Shown here piece after piece: positions 38,201 through 52,100 of a DNA stretch of 64,000 bases. The stretch is taken from NCBI RefSeq assembly GCF_963921235.1, contig NC_086098.1, positions 238,018,001 to 238,082,000 of the forward strand. The letters are read 5' to 3'. The notes under the pieces are model-generated. The model was not told the origin of the DNA and did not search any database. It saw only the letters and a program-made list of their open reading frames with translations. The number at the start of each line of letters is the position of its first letter. The first letter of the stretch is position 1. The position numbers and the translations under genes were made by a program. This DNA is from Mobula hypostoma (taxonomy: Eukaryota).

Positions 38201-39490
38201 GGCTGGGGTGATATACTGCGTCCGGTGCTCCTGATGCGGCCTTCTATATATTGGCGAGACCCAACGCAGACTGGGACACCGTTTCGCTGAACACCTACTC
38301 TCTGTCCGCCAGAGAAAGCAGGATCTGCCAGTGGCCACATATTTTAATTCCACGGCCTATTCCCATTCTGATATGTCTATCCACGGCCTCCTCTACTGTA
38401 AAGATGAAGCCACACTCTGGTTGGAGGAACAACACCTTCTATTCCGTCTGGGTAGCCTCCAACCTGATGGCATGAACATTGACTACTCTAACCTCCGTTA
38501 ATGCCCCCCCCCCCCGTTTCCCATCTGTTATTGCCAATCCTCTGGGCTTCCCTCCTCCCCATTTCTTTCTCCCTAGGCCTCCCGTCCTATGATCCTCTCA
38601 TATCCCTTTTGCCAATCAACTGTCCAGCTCTTGGCTCCATCACTCACCCTCCTGTCTTCTCCTATCATTTTGGATCTCCCCTTCCCCTTCCCACTTTCAA
38701 ATCTCTTACTAGCTCTTCTTTCAGATAGTTCCGACGAAGGGTCTCGACCTGAAACGTCGACTGTACCTCTTCCTATAGATGTTGCCTGGTCTGCTGCGTT
38801 CACCAGCAATTTTATGTGTGGTGCTTGAAATTCCAGCATCCCAGTGATTTTCTCCCCTTTACTATTCTTAATCTCTACCGAGATGATTTCAGCATTCTGC
38901 TCCTTAGATCTTATATCGTCTCTCACTATCGCCCTGATCTCACCTTTAATTAAGAGCACTTACCTTACTGCCTATCCTTCCGTATTGCCTGATATCCTTG
39001 GATATCTAATTTCTAATCCTCTCCACCCTGCAACCACGTTTCTGTGATGGCCACTAAATAATACCCCTTTGTGCTAATTTGGACCACAAGCTTACTGATC
39101 TTCTTACGAATACTATGGGCATTCAATTCAGGTGCTGTTACAGTCAATGTGCTTTTAAAATCTTGTAATCATTTACTCTTTTGCACCTCTGTTTTCTTCA
39201 CTCCAAACTTAATTTTTCCTTTTTTGTTTTTTTTTATGCTTTTTTATCTTTATCCACACTTTCCTCTTTTACTTCTCTAATCTGTTGAACCCAACCCCTA
39301 TAAGTTAGTTTAAAGCCCTATCCATAGCCCTAGTTATGCGATTCGTTCGGATCCAGATCCCATCACTGTTCAGGTGGAGTCTGTCCCATTGCTACAGCTC
39401 CCTCCTTCCCCAATACTGGTGCCAATTTCCTATGAATTCAAACCTACTTCTCCCACACCAATCCTTGTGCCACGCATTTAACTCGATAAT
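35220..39490 (-). mobile_element. CR1 endonuclease region split by a Penelope insertion (35220-35410 and 38850-39490)
   Basis: ALLIKGEIR..ISVEIKNSKGEKITG on one side continues as VLYWPP..AVIMGDFNLHIDW on the other. Confidence 0.75.
35411..38845. mobile_element. Long Penelope-like element with inverted 5' part
   Basis: Minus 35411-~36360, plus ~36365-38845; RT ORF 37092-38234 (380 aa: GVAMGTRMGPSY, RRYIDDC) running into GIY-YIG; stops and frameshifts elsewhere. Confidence 0.93.
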
Positions 39491-40065
39491 CTTCTTAAAC
39501 TTCTGTATGTATGAATCGCTTTCTGTACCATCACTGGGAACATCTCATTATCTGGAGTGAGAATTCGGGATCCATGGCTCCAGCGGTGATTGTGCAATCA
39601 ACCTTTGGACAATTACCTACAAGCGGCTCGCCATCAATTGGACGTTTAGATGACCAAGAAAAAAAATCTACATTTCGTGCCAGATTATAATTTATTGAAG
39701 CAGTAGTTAGGACAAGGGTTAGTTTCAATCGTAGCAAACTGTACATCATCAAGGATTAGACCACAGATTAACCGTTGTTCATTATCACCGATTGGTCTGA
39801 GACTGAGGGAGCTCTGTGTGAGGCTTTGGATGGAGAGATCCCGGAATATGACAACTGCGCATGCGGCCGATCGAAGGCGCCGTGAATCAATTACGCCACC
39901 TGTGCGCGGGCTTTCTTCCGAGCGTGCACGTTTTCATCTCGGCGGGTCCGGTTTGTCGCTCCCGCACTATAAGTTGCTCAGCTTGTGCCGTTACTAACAC
40001 GACTCTTGAAAAACGTTGCTGTTTTAGTTCCGCACAAACGAAACAAGGTCTAAATCTTTCGTTGT

Positions 40066-40131
40066 TCACTGAGGATAATATTCACTCTGCCTTTCCAGAT
40101 CAGTTCTATCAATCGCCAGCTGGGCGTAGAT
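40066..40131 (-). CDS. Gene B exon 6, terminal exon IYAQLAIDRTDLERQSEYYPQ*
   Basis: ccattcccttacag| acceptor, phase 0, tyrosine motifs, downstream AATAAA. An unseen small exon between 44404 and 40131 is not excluded. Confidence 0.72.
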   Translation of the reverse strand: MYAQLAIDRTDLERQSEYYPQ

Positions 40132-43100
40132 CTGTAAGGGAATGGCATGAGATTGGTTACGGTATCAATCCCCACCCTGCACTATTCCTCGCCAGGTTGC
40201 GTGTATGGCGCAACTTAATCACGCGTTAATTCCAAATCAAAAGAATGTGATATTATGGAGCAAAGAGTTTCATTCACTTTAATTTCCCTGATTACAACCA
40301 ACAAAAACACTCAGGGCCCTCTATTTCGGTCGCTGAACCTGCCCCTGTGATATCCTTCAGATTTCTATATTATTCTTCGGTCCCTGCTCTGTGCAATCTT
40401 GTCCTAGACCTAATATATCCATTGCATCCTACAGCCCATGGACGTCTTGTTGTCCCTTAAATACAGTATCTTTCGGCCTTACATCGTCCCTGTCTGCCTC
40501 CCCAGCTGACGCCACCAGCACCAACGCCCTTCCCTATCTATGTAACTCTCTGCAGTCTCTGCACTGCTCTCTGTGTAACTGTTTCGGCACCTGCACGGTA
40601 GTATATTTGCGTAACCCCTCCAGCCCGTATACCCCTCTGTGTGACCCCCGTCCGGCCCGCATACACATTGTGTGACCCCTTCAGCCAGTATACACTCCGT
40701 GTGACCCCTCCAGCCCGTATACCCCTCTGTGTGACCCCTCCAGCGCGTATACCCCTCTGTGTGACCCCTTCCTCCGGCCCGCATACACTCCGTGTGACCC
40801 CTCCAGCTCGTATACCCCTGTGTGACACCTCCAACCCCGAAACCCTCTATCTGAGTCACCCTTCTAAACCTTTCGCTATCTGTGTAATTCGTCCAAATCC
40901 TTAACCCCTTTATCAATTCAGCACACTCCAGTCTCTATCTCCTCGCCGATCTGTAACTCCTTTTTAAGTTGTTTCCCTACAACAGAATTCTCAACAAATT
41001 CCCTGTCCAATTCCATTCCCTGTTGTACTCTTTCTCTTCTTCCGCAACTCCACGACTTCCCAAGTTCTCTGCACTCCGCTGTTGCGGACTAACGCCAACA
41101 GTGTCTACGTTCGCTGCTGCGGGTCTGGCAACCCGACCGCTCCTCGTTTAAAGACCTCCCGCCGACAGGGAGGGGCCAGCTAACGGTCACACGATCGTGT
41201 ATGGTTTGGTGTTACATTCTGTCTATTGCCGTATCTGTAATTTGTTCTAAGACAATGAATCCTACACAAAGGTCTAAAAACAACACGGTTGTTGCAGGTA
41301 ATTTCAACTTCCCTAATATCAAGTGGGATCTTCTTAAAGAAAGATATTTATACAGTGCAACATTTGTTTGGTGAATCCTAAATGTTTTCTATATCAATGT
41401 GCAAATGTTCCAGAAAGAGGATGGGGTAAAATTGAAGCGAAGTTTGATAATGAGCTTGGCCTAGTGACTAACCTTTCACTGGGAGAACAATTATTATAAA
41501 TACCATTAAATTCGAGCAGGGTAAATTTGGAGAATATTGGACAGAAATTAGGGGACGTCAACTGGGAGTAGCTGTTTGGGCGCAAGTATCGAGACAGGCA
41601 GCGAATTTGGTCCAGAAGGAAAGGGAATCTTTTGGTTAAAAAAAAAGGTTTGCATAGCTAAAAGGAATCAATCAGAGTCCTTAAGAATTATAAAGAAGCT
41701 AGAAGCTAACTCGAAGTGGTGAGGAAGGCCAGAAAAGACCATGGAAGTTCATTGGGAAGTCGGATTAAAGTGAGATTCCGGGGGGTTCTATCCATACATG
41801 AAGAGCAAGACGATAACTAGGAGCGGGTAGGACAACTGAATGATAAATGAGGGAACATGTGCATAGATGTGAAGCATATGGTTCAGTGCTTAACATCAAG
41901 GAGGGAGGGAGTTAGATATGGCCCTTGCGGCTAAAGGGATCAGGGGCTATGGAGGGAAGGCTGGTACAGGGTTCTGAGTTGGATGATCAGCCATGATCAT
42001 ACTGAATAGCGGTGCAGGCTCGAAGGGCCGAATGGCCTACTCCTGCACCTATTTTCTATGTTTTAAGGAGAAAGATCTGGAAGGTGGCGAGATCAGTGTG
42101 GAGGGTACGAATTTGCTTGTGCAAACATGAAAAAAAGAATGAGGCATCACTGTGCCTCTTGAGGAACATTAAGTGGGTGTTTTGTTAGGATATACACCGG
42201 GTTATTGAGAGGGGCAAGAGATGAGATTGCTGGAGGCTTGACCAATATCTCAGTGTCCTCTCCAGCCACAGGCGATGACTCAGAGAACTGGTACGTCGCT
42301 AATGTTCCATTATTGTTGAAAGGAAATAGGGATAATCTTGAGAATTATAGACCGGCGAGTCTCACGTCAGTGGTAGGGAATTTACTGGAAATAATTCTTA
42401 ACGATCGGCTTTATGAGCGTTTGGAAAACCTGTCTTTGTGTTGGGCACGTCGTATCTTCCTAACTTGATTAAGAAGTTTGACGAAGTGACGATTGTGATT
42501 TCCTGTAGGGAGAGATATGGATGTTGTCCACATGGATTATAGTAAGGCGTTTGACAAGGTCCCATATAGGAGGATCAATCGGAAATTAAGATTGCATGGG
42601 TTCTGTGATGGGTTCAGAAAGGCTTTCCCATAGAAGACAGAGGGACTTATTCTAGCTGGAGGGCTATCCCCCGCAGGGATCTCCGCTGGGAACTCTGTTA
42701 TATGTGATATATATAAATGACCTGGATGAAAATGTAAATGGGTGGGTTAGTAAGTTTGCAGATGATACCAAAGTTGTGGACAGTATAGAAGGCGGCCAAA
42801 GGATACAGATCAGTTGCAGATACGGGAAAATGACAGAGAAGTTTAATCCCACCAAATGGGAACTGTTGCATTATAAAGGGATGGTACACTATTAATGACA
42901 AACCCTTAGCACCCGTGACGTACAGAGGGATTTTGGAGTTGAGTCCGTATCTCTCTGAAAGTGGCGACACAGCTTGTTAGGGTGGTCAGAAGGTACATGG
43001 AAATCTTTCCTTTATCTCTCAAGGAAATGAGTTCCAGAGTCGGGAAATGATGTTGGAGATTAACAGAACCAGCAGTTAGACTTTCCAGGCAGCATTGTAT

Positions 43101-46100
43101 TCAATTTTGGCCGACTCCGTTATAGGAAGGAAGTTGAGGCTTTGGATAAGTGTAGAAGACGTATTCTGGGATGCTGTCTGGAAAGTAGAGCATGTGCTAT
43201 AAGGAGAGTCTGGTGCTGCGTACGAATTCTTAGCATTGTCGATAATCCCTCCCATTCCTTCAACAATCTTTCTTATCCCCTACCATCAGGCAGGTGGTAC
43301 CGGAGTATTAAAACCAGAAATTTTAGGGTGTGGGACAGCTTCATCCCACAGGCCTTAAGACTACTAAATTCCCTGCCACCACCCACATCTCAGCACGTAT
43401 GAAGTGCCAATAGAGTTGCGCTGTTTATCTTTGACTTGTGCCGTATGCATCGTATTATTTTTTTTAATTTATTTGTGGTTATTATGGTTATATTACTTAA
43501 TGTGTGGTGTGTAAGTTATATGTACTGCGTTTTACCACTTGCTCTGGAGGAACGTTGTTTCGTTTGGCGATATACATGACAATAACCTGAACTTGAACTT
43601 GAACCTGAGCAAACTTGGGTTGTTTTCTCTGGAACCTCTGAGTCTGAGGGGTTATTTGACAGCGATCTACATAATATGAGAGGCACAGATAGAAAAGGTA
43701 GACAGTATAACTCTTCCACATTGTTGAAACGTGGCATGTGCTTAAGGTAAACTGGGGTAAGTTCAAATGAGACGTGCGGGTCACTTTTTTATCACAGAGA
43801 ATGGTAGAAGCTTGGAATTCGCTGCCCAAGGCATTGCTGGAGGCAAATGCGATAGAGCCGTTCTAGAGGATTTACGATAGGTACATAGATGTGCTGGAAA
43901 TTGAAGAATATGGATATTCTTCAAGCTGAAGTGATTAGTGCAGTTGGGTATTTGGTTACTAATTCAATTAGCTCAATAGAACATCGTAGGCTGAAGGACC
44001 TGTTCCCGTATGGTACCATTCTAAGCGCAAAGTAATTCTCTGCTTGTAAATGGCATTATCGGGTACAGGAGTGGAACCCGGTGTGGTATTCTGCTGTTGT
44101 AGCCCATTCACTTCAAAGTTCGACGCTTTGAGCGCTCAGAGACGTTCTTCTGTCACCGCTCTCGTAACACGTGATGATTTAAGTTACTTCCGCCTTCCTG
44201 TCAGCTTGAACCAGTCTGCCCATTCTCCTCCAACCTCTCTCATTAACAAGCACTTTTCGTCCAAATCACTGCCACTCACCAGATGTTGTCTGTTTTTTTT
44301 CAGACCAGCCACTGTAAGTTCTAGAGTCTGGTGTGCGTGAAAACACCAGGGTATCACATTAACGAGTAGGTTTACAGGTGTACCTGAAATTGAGTGTACT
44401 TACATCACGTTCTCGATTCTTTCGCCGGGTGATGGTGCTTTTGCTTGCCGTTTCTCCTTTTACTGATTGAAAGAGATGTTTAGATGTGAGTTTTTCTACA
44501 AAGGAATTTTTCACCGTTAGGCGAAAAGTTCAGGTCATGATTAGGTTAAGGCCAGCACGTTACCTGGTTCGCGTTCCTTCCGAAACTTCCTAATGGCCAC
44601 AGTGGTCACCCCTATAGCAAGGAACACGAGGGTCGCCGCCAGGCCAATTGCAATCATATGACAGAGTTGCCCCTGCAGGCTGTCTGAAGAACATAGAATC
44701 GACTTTCAATTGAAAGTAATTTACCATCAGTTCCAATCTGCATTTATTGGCCTGTGTGTCCTAATTACTCAACAGATTGTACATAAATTCAACGTATTGT
44801 CAGAATCAGAATCAGGTATTTGTCGCGGGACTTGCTGTTTCGCTGCGGCAGTAAATTGCAATGCGCAATAATCAAAACTATAAATTACAATAGGAAGTAT
44901 TTGTATGTGTCTGACTGTCTGACTGTCTGTCTGACTGTCTGTCTGTCTGTCTGCAAATTAAATATGTAGTGCAAAAAGAGAGGGAAATGGTGAGGTTGTG
45001 TTCATGGGTTAATTGTCCATTCAGATATCTGATGGCAGAGGGGAAGAAGCTGATCCTAAAACTTTGAGATTGTTTTTTTCAACTCTTATATTTCCATCTT
45101 GAGAGAAGCAATGCGCAGAGGACATGTCCTGGGTGATGGGGTCCATAATGATAGATGTCCTTTTTGAAACATGGCTTTTTGACGGTGTCCTGGATACTGA
45201 GGAGAGTGTTGGCCATGATGGAGCTAGCTGAGTTTACAATTGATATATTTAAAGCGGAGATTGATGGTTTCTCGATTAGCAAAAACGTCAGAGGTTTCAG
45301 GAAAAGGGAGGAGAATAGATTTGAGGGGGATAGTGAAGCAGCGACGATGGAATAGCGGAACAGACTCGATGAGCTGAATAACACTATGTCTTGTAGTATT
45401 ATATTCTAATATCTCGTTCCTTCTGAAAATACTGACTTCGGATCTCTACAACATTCTATCCAAATGGCTCCCTACTCGTCACAGGAACTGACCATTCGGC
45501 CCAACAACCCCATACTGGTACTTGGGCTCCTGGTGGCATTTACATGTTCTTCCACTTCTGCTGTAGTCTGACACTAGGTTGATACCGATAACGTTAACGC
45601 GCCTTACTACAACACTTCTTTCAGGGCTGGGGAGGGCGGTCTCCGATTATCCTTCGAGTACTGGCCAGTGTGTGTGTGTCACTCTGTCTCAGATATGCTC
45701 GCTCCACTCTACTGTAAAAGTAGCTCGTGACTCTAGGGACACGGTTTCGATCCAGTTCTTGAATGTCCTCTCTGTGAAGTGTGCACGTTTCCGCGTGATC
45801 ATGTGGCATTCCACCAGATATTCCCGCTGCCTCACAGTTAGGAAGGGCTTGCTGGTAACTATATGGCAACAAAGAATCAAAGCAAGTATGATTTCCGTTT
45901 CTATGTGGTAAGGTTAAAGGGGATACAAAGGTCAGAGATCTGGTGCAGGGTGTCTCGGGACCTGACTCGGCCAATAACAAGCACTGGATTGAGGATTGTC
46001 AGAGTCTGAGGGGATGTCATAGAAAGTGATCTGATGGGTCACTTTACTTTGCAACCTTTGTATCTGGGGTCTAATTTGGAATGTAATAATTCTTGGAAAT

Positions 46101-49100
46101 TTATAGCAATTAGTATCAGGTTTATTATTATCACATAAACCGAGATGCAGTGAAAAGTTTGCCATCCAGACAGATCATACGGCACATAAAACACCGAGTA
46201 GCACAAAACGAGAAATTGGTGAATTGCAGTTACAGAGAAGGCGCAGTGTAAGTGAAAACAAGATGCAAGAGCCGTGGCGACTAGATTTTGAGATGAATAG
46301 ATCACGGAAAGGAAATCTGTACAGCACAGTACAGGCGTAACGATGCTGTGCCGACCTTTTTACTCTAAAATCAGTGTAATCCTCCCCTTCTACATTGGTC
46401 TCCATTTTCCTTTCATCCATGTACCTATCTAAATCGTACAAGAGCTCCGTTCAAAGGGCCCATAGAGATATACATCCGGGCCAGGGCAGTTACTTGGTTT
46501 GAGTTTGAAATTTAGCTAACTTTTGAGATCATAGCAAATATGATGGGTAAAGGAGAACTGGAACCTGCAGGGTCGCGCACTTTCGGAAATGATCCATCTG
46601 TCACAGGTAGCTCACAAGTTAAGCGCGCCTAGCGTTGCGAAGCGGTGTATTGGCCTGGAGAGGGGAATGGTTAACCAACAGAGAGTCGGCGGTGAATGCG
46701 TCATTTTCGGGCCTGAACTGCTTATGTCTTGTGATGAGCTGAATGAAGGACTGCGTGTTTTGTAACTGGTTTCCCCCATTATATAAATTCTGAGGTGACT
46801 ATGGGGAAATTTATAGGGTCGTGCGGTAACGTATCGGTTAGCGAAACGACTTACGGTGCCGGCTGAAAGATTGAGGCTCGATTCCTGCTGCTTTGTAAAG
46901 AGATTGTACATTCTCCCGGTAACCCCGTGGGTTTCCTCCGGGTTCTCCGGTTTTCCCCCACATTCCAAGGACGTAGGGTTTGTGATAGTGAGTTACAGGC
47001 ATGCTATACTGCCGCCGGAAGCGTGGCGGCCGCAGCACACCTCGCTGATTTGATTAGACGGAAAAGACGCAGTTCACTGTATTTTTCGATGTACATGTAA
47101 CAGTTAAAGCTTATCAATCCAAAATTTATCGGACTCGTGTGTCGGGAGATGAGTACTTTCAAGGGCTCTACAACTAAGTGTTATTTATGAACTTATTTAT
47201 TATTTGTACAATTTGACTTTGTTTGTACATCGGTTATTTGTCAGTCCTCGTTATTCATAGCATTTCACAAATTCCGCTGTATTTCTCGCTTGTTCTACTG
47301 TGAATGTCTGTGATCTCAATGCCTTATATCGTGACATATACTTACTTTGATAATAAATGTACTTTGTATTACGAATAAAAAGTCAATGATAATAAATCTG
47401 ATACTATTTCTGATTCTGATTCTGAGCATTTCCCTCAGCAGAGTAGCCTAAACAAGAGGTGCCCATTTACAGTAAGTTTGGAGTGATGATAAAGGAACTG
47501 AGGGAAAGGGCTTCACCCGGAGAGCGGTGAGAGTTTCAATGATCGGTGGGGAGCGGGGAGAAGCTCTGCTCACATTTACGCAGTGCCTGAATGCGACAGT
47601 TGAGCCATTAGGGCCACGGAGACAGCGCTGGAGAGTGGGATTTAGCTCGATACTAGGCATAAACACAGAGGACCGAATGGCCTCGCGTCATAAAGCTGAA
47701 GGGAATCTCTAGTTTCTACGTTACCTTTCTGAGAAGACACAATGTCACTGACCAGATGTCCAGTGGCGCAAGTGCAGACGGCGCCGCTACGCCAACTTTC
47801 CGCCGGGATCTGGAAGCGGCTGCTAACGCTGTAGCCTCCGTCCGGATCAAATACCGGGGGATCAACGAGACCTTCTGTGATATTTCCCGATATGTTCCAG
47901 CGGATGTTCAGGGAATGGGAAGAGACGCCTCTCACCAAACACATCAAGGTCACCAGTTGCATCCGGGAAATTTCATCCGCTTGCGGCGCTAACAGGTATA
48001 TCGTGGGAGGCTGGGCTGAATGCGGAAAACACAACAACGCTGTTTTAGTTGGATGGCCAATTTTAATCACGGTTTCAAAAACAGGCTATTCTGGCCACCT
48101 TCTCCGTTCTGGCGGTCAGGTACATATCTGTGCCAATTCTAGTTTACAAGGCCCTCTGTCTGTGATAGTTCGTCTACATAACTGAGCGAGTAGCTGCATC
48201 GCTACCCTTCAGGGAGTGAGATCCCAACGCCCCTCGGACAGAAACATCCTTCTTCAAGCCTTCGCTATATCTCCCACCCCTCCTCTGTATAGGTTTATCG
48301 ATACATTTACTGGCGCCACGGAAGCAGAACGCTTAGCGCAACGCTATTACACTTCAAGGAGTCGGAGTTTGGAGTTCAATCCCGGCGTCCATTGTCAGGA
48401 GTTTGTCTCCGTGAAACGCCATTCCCCGTGGAAAGCGTGGGTTTCCTCAGAATGCTCCGGTTTCCTCGCACAGTCCAAAGACGTACTGGTTAATGGGTTA
48501 ATTGGTCATTGTATATTGTCCCGTGATTAGGCTCAGCTAATGTTCTACATTTCTATCAGCTTACTCTCTCCACCCCAAGGAAAGCAAAGCAACGCACACA
48601 ACCGATCCTCGCAAACGAAACGACATCGTTGTGATAGAGACGCACAGCGGGGAAGCAGACAATACAGCTCATCATATCGACCACAGTGGGCACCAATCCA
48701 CATTAATCCCATCTTCCTACACTTAGCCAAGACGCTTCTGTCTAACTCATGAATGAACACATCCAGACACCTCTTAGATGCTGTCAGCAAATCTGCTGCA
48801 ACCATTCTAGGACATACCCACAGTTGGTCCTCTTCAGATCCCCCCGAAACTCTTCTGCCTTATACTAAATCTATGCTCTCTTGTCTGTCTACCTCAAATG
48901 TGTGGAAGTGCCTCCTGCTGCTTACTTCGTGTTATGAAGTTGATCTATAACCTCCCTGCCTGTCTATTCAATAACCTGACTAATGAAAGGCCAATATCCA
49001 TTTGCCTTCATAATCACAGTATGTACGTGCGATGCCACCTTGCTGGATCACTGGATCTTGTAATCCAGGGTCCTTCTGTTCCTCAACCTCCACATTTCAG

Positions 49101-52100
49101 ATGTCTTTTCCTCATTAATCCTCCCAAACCGCAGCCCCTCGCGTTATTCTGGGTTAACATTTATAATCCATTTCAACAATACTTCAGTATCACCCCTTGG
49201 ATAAAGACTAACTTTCACACTATCCGCACCATCCACTATTTCGCCCTTCTTTCTCTTCTCCACAAATTTACTGATCTTGCTTCTTCTATCAAAACCTAAG
49301 CTATTCAAGAATATTTCGAATAGCAAAGGTGCTTGGAGAATCTTTTCGCCGCCTATTCTTGGGGAACACCGCTAGTGACAGGCATCCAATCTTCCCTTGC
49401 CCCTTGTTGCCAGTCTCATGCGGAATCGTTTGACAAATTGCCCTGGTCCATGTCTCTGTGGGACTTTGTCAGAGGCCTCACTGAAGTGCATGTAAAGCAT
49501 ACATTGATTGCTCTGTTCTCAATCATAGACTCGGCCAGCTCTTCAGGAATTTCGATCAGATTGCTCAGACATGCCCGGCTATTGACAGAGCCAGCTTGGC
49601 TGTCTCAGATTAGACCTTGTCACTCCAAGGTATTATTAAACCTGTCCCTCGGAGTTCAGTCCTTTAAGATCGCAACGACTGATGTTCGACTCATGGGTCT
49701 ATAATTGTCAGTCTTTTCCCTGGTATTCCAATTGGTACCTTCCAGGAGCCTCACATGTACCCAGCGAGTATTTACAATATCTCAGTTAAAGATCCAGCAA
49801 TCTCACAGTTTACTTGTCACAGACGTCTAGGATAGATCCGGTGATTTTCGACTTTTAAAGCTGCTACGGCTTCAAACATGTTTTCGTCCATTATTGAGAT
49901 TTACACCAAAAATTCACCTTTTCCTTCACTGAAGCCTTCATCTAAAAGGTGCACTCCCTTTGTGAATTCTGATGAAGCGTACTCATTTGGAGTCGATTGT
50001 CAAGGATGAGGTGACAGAGTACCTGGAGGCATATGACAAGATAGGCAGAACTCAGCATGGATTCCTCAAAGGAAAATCCTGCCTGACAAACCTATTACAA
50101 TTTTTTGAGGAAATTACAAGTAGGCTAGACAAAAGAGACGCAGTGGATGTTGTATATTTGGATTTTTAGAAAGCTTTTGACAAGGTACCACACATGAGTC
50201 CACTTCACAAGATAAGAGCCCATGGAATTATGGGAAAGGTACATACGTGGATAGAGCGTTAGCTGATTGGCAGGAAACAGAGTGAGAATAAAGGGATCCT
50301 ATTCTGGTTGGCTGCAGGTTACCAGTGGTGTTCCACAGGGGTCCGCGTTGGGGCCGCTTCTTTTTACATTGTACATCAACGATTTGGATTATGGAATTAA
50401 TGGCTTTGTGGCTAAGTTTATTGACGATACGAAGATAGGTGGAGGGGCCGGTAGTGCTGAGGAAACAGAGAGTCTGCAGAGAGACTTGGATAGATTGGAA
50501 GAATGGGCAAAGAAGTGGCAAATGAAATCCAATGTTGGAAAGTGTATGGTTATGCACTTTGGCAAAAGAAATAAACGGGCAGACTATTTAAATGGAGAAA
50601 GAATTCAAAGTTCTGAGATGCAACGGGACTTGAGAATCCTCGTACAGGATACCCTTAAGGTTAACCTCCAGGTTGAGTTGGTGGTGAAGAAGGCGAATGC
50701 AATGTTGGCATTCATTTCTAGAGGAATAGAGTATAGGAGCAGGGATGTGATGTTGAGGCTCTATAAGGCGCTGGTGAGGCCTCACTTGGAGTACTGTGGG
50801 CAGTTTTGGTCTCCTTATTTAAGAAAAGATGTGCTGACGGTGGAGAGGGTACAGAGAAGATTCACTAGAATGATTCCGGGAATGAGAGGGTTAACATCTG
50901 AGGAACGTTTGTCCACTCTTGGACTGCATTCCTTGGAGTTTAGAAGAATGAGGGGAGACCTCATAGAAACATTTCGAATGTTGAAAGGCATGGACAGAGT
51001 GGATGTGGCAAAGTTGTTTCCCATGATGGGGAGTCGAGTACGGAGGGCATGACTTAAGGATTGAAGGGCGCCCATTCAGAACAGAAATGCGAAGAAATTT
51101 TTTTAGTCAGAGGGTGGTGAATCCATGGAATTTATTGCCACGGGCAGCGGTGGAGACCAAGTCATTGGGTGTATTTAAGGAAGAGATTGATAGGTATCTG
51201 AGTAGCCAGGGCATCAAAGGTTATGGTGAGAAGGCGGGAGAGTGGGACTAAATGGGAAAATGGATCTGCTCATGATAAAATGGCGGAGCAGATTCGATGG
51301 GCCGAAAGGCCGGCTTCTGCTCCTTTGTGCTATGGTCTTATGGTCATTTATGACGACTCCAATATCTTCTGGCTCCAAAGTCAGATTCGCCCGTTGCTCG
51401 AAGTGGGCTCTAAATTCCATTTCCTTGGATGATCTTTCGCCCTTCATACACTTTTAGGTGGTTTGCTGATAAGCTTTAATCTGCTTGCCAGTGATATTTT
51501 GTTACTTTCCTTAATCTGTCTTTTAAGCATCACCTTGCGTTTTTATACCAGGAAGGGCTTCGCTCGTCTTTAACTTCCTATACATACCATCAGTTTCATT
51601 TTTTAATCTTTATCCATCCTCAAAAACCTTGTCGTCCATGGTTCTCTGAGATTATGACCTCTACCTTTTACCCTTACAGGAACATGTTGGCCCTGAGCTC
51701 TTCCCATTTCTCCTTCCATACATATATGGACTTACGAGCAAGCGGGTCCTCCCATTCAACTCTATCCAGGTCCTGTCTAATACTAATGAACACGGATTTG
51801 CCCAGTTGATTTCTGGTTCATGTGAACTTTTGCATTCCAAACCCACTTGAAATATGTGGAGTCCCGGCCACAATTTCAAAACCGCTCCCCAGCTGACACT
51901 TCGCCAAACTGACGACCCAGAAGGTTGAATCCTCAGCATCCTCTCCAGCGCAATCGCGCCCCTGCTATAGTTTAATGTCCAGGCTCCAATTTTAGTACAC
52001 GACTCCAATTTTCGTTTGATTAAAGTATTACACAGTTTGAATATACGCACTTCCTGCTCTTAGATTCTATTCCGCGGCAACTGAAGGCAAGTATTTGGTA

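Noticed and set aside
40611-40836. CRISPR-like array
   Set aside because: Eukaryotic tandem minisatellite with no unique spacers and no cas genes
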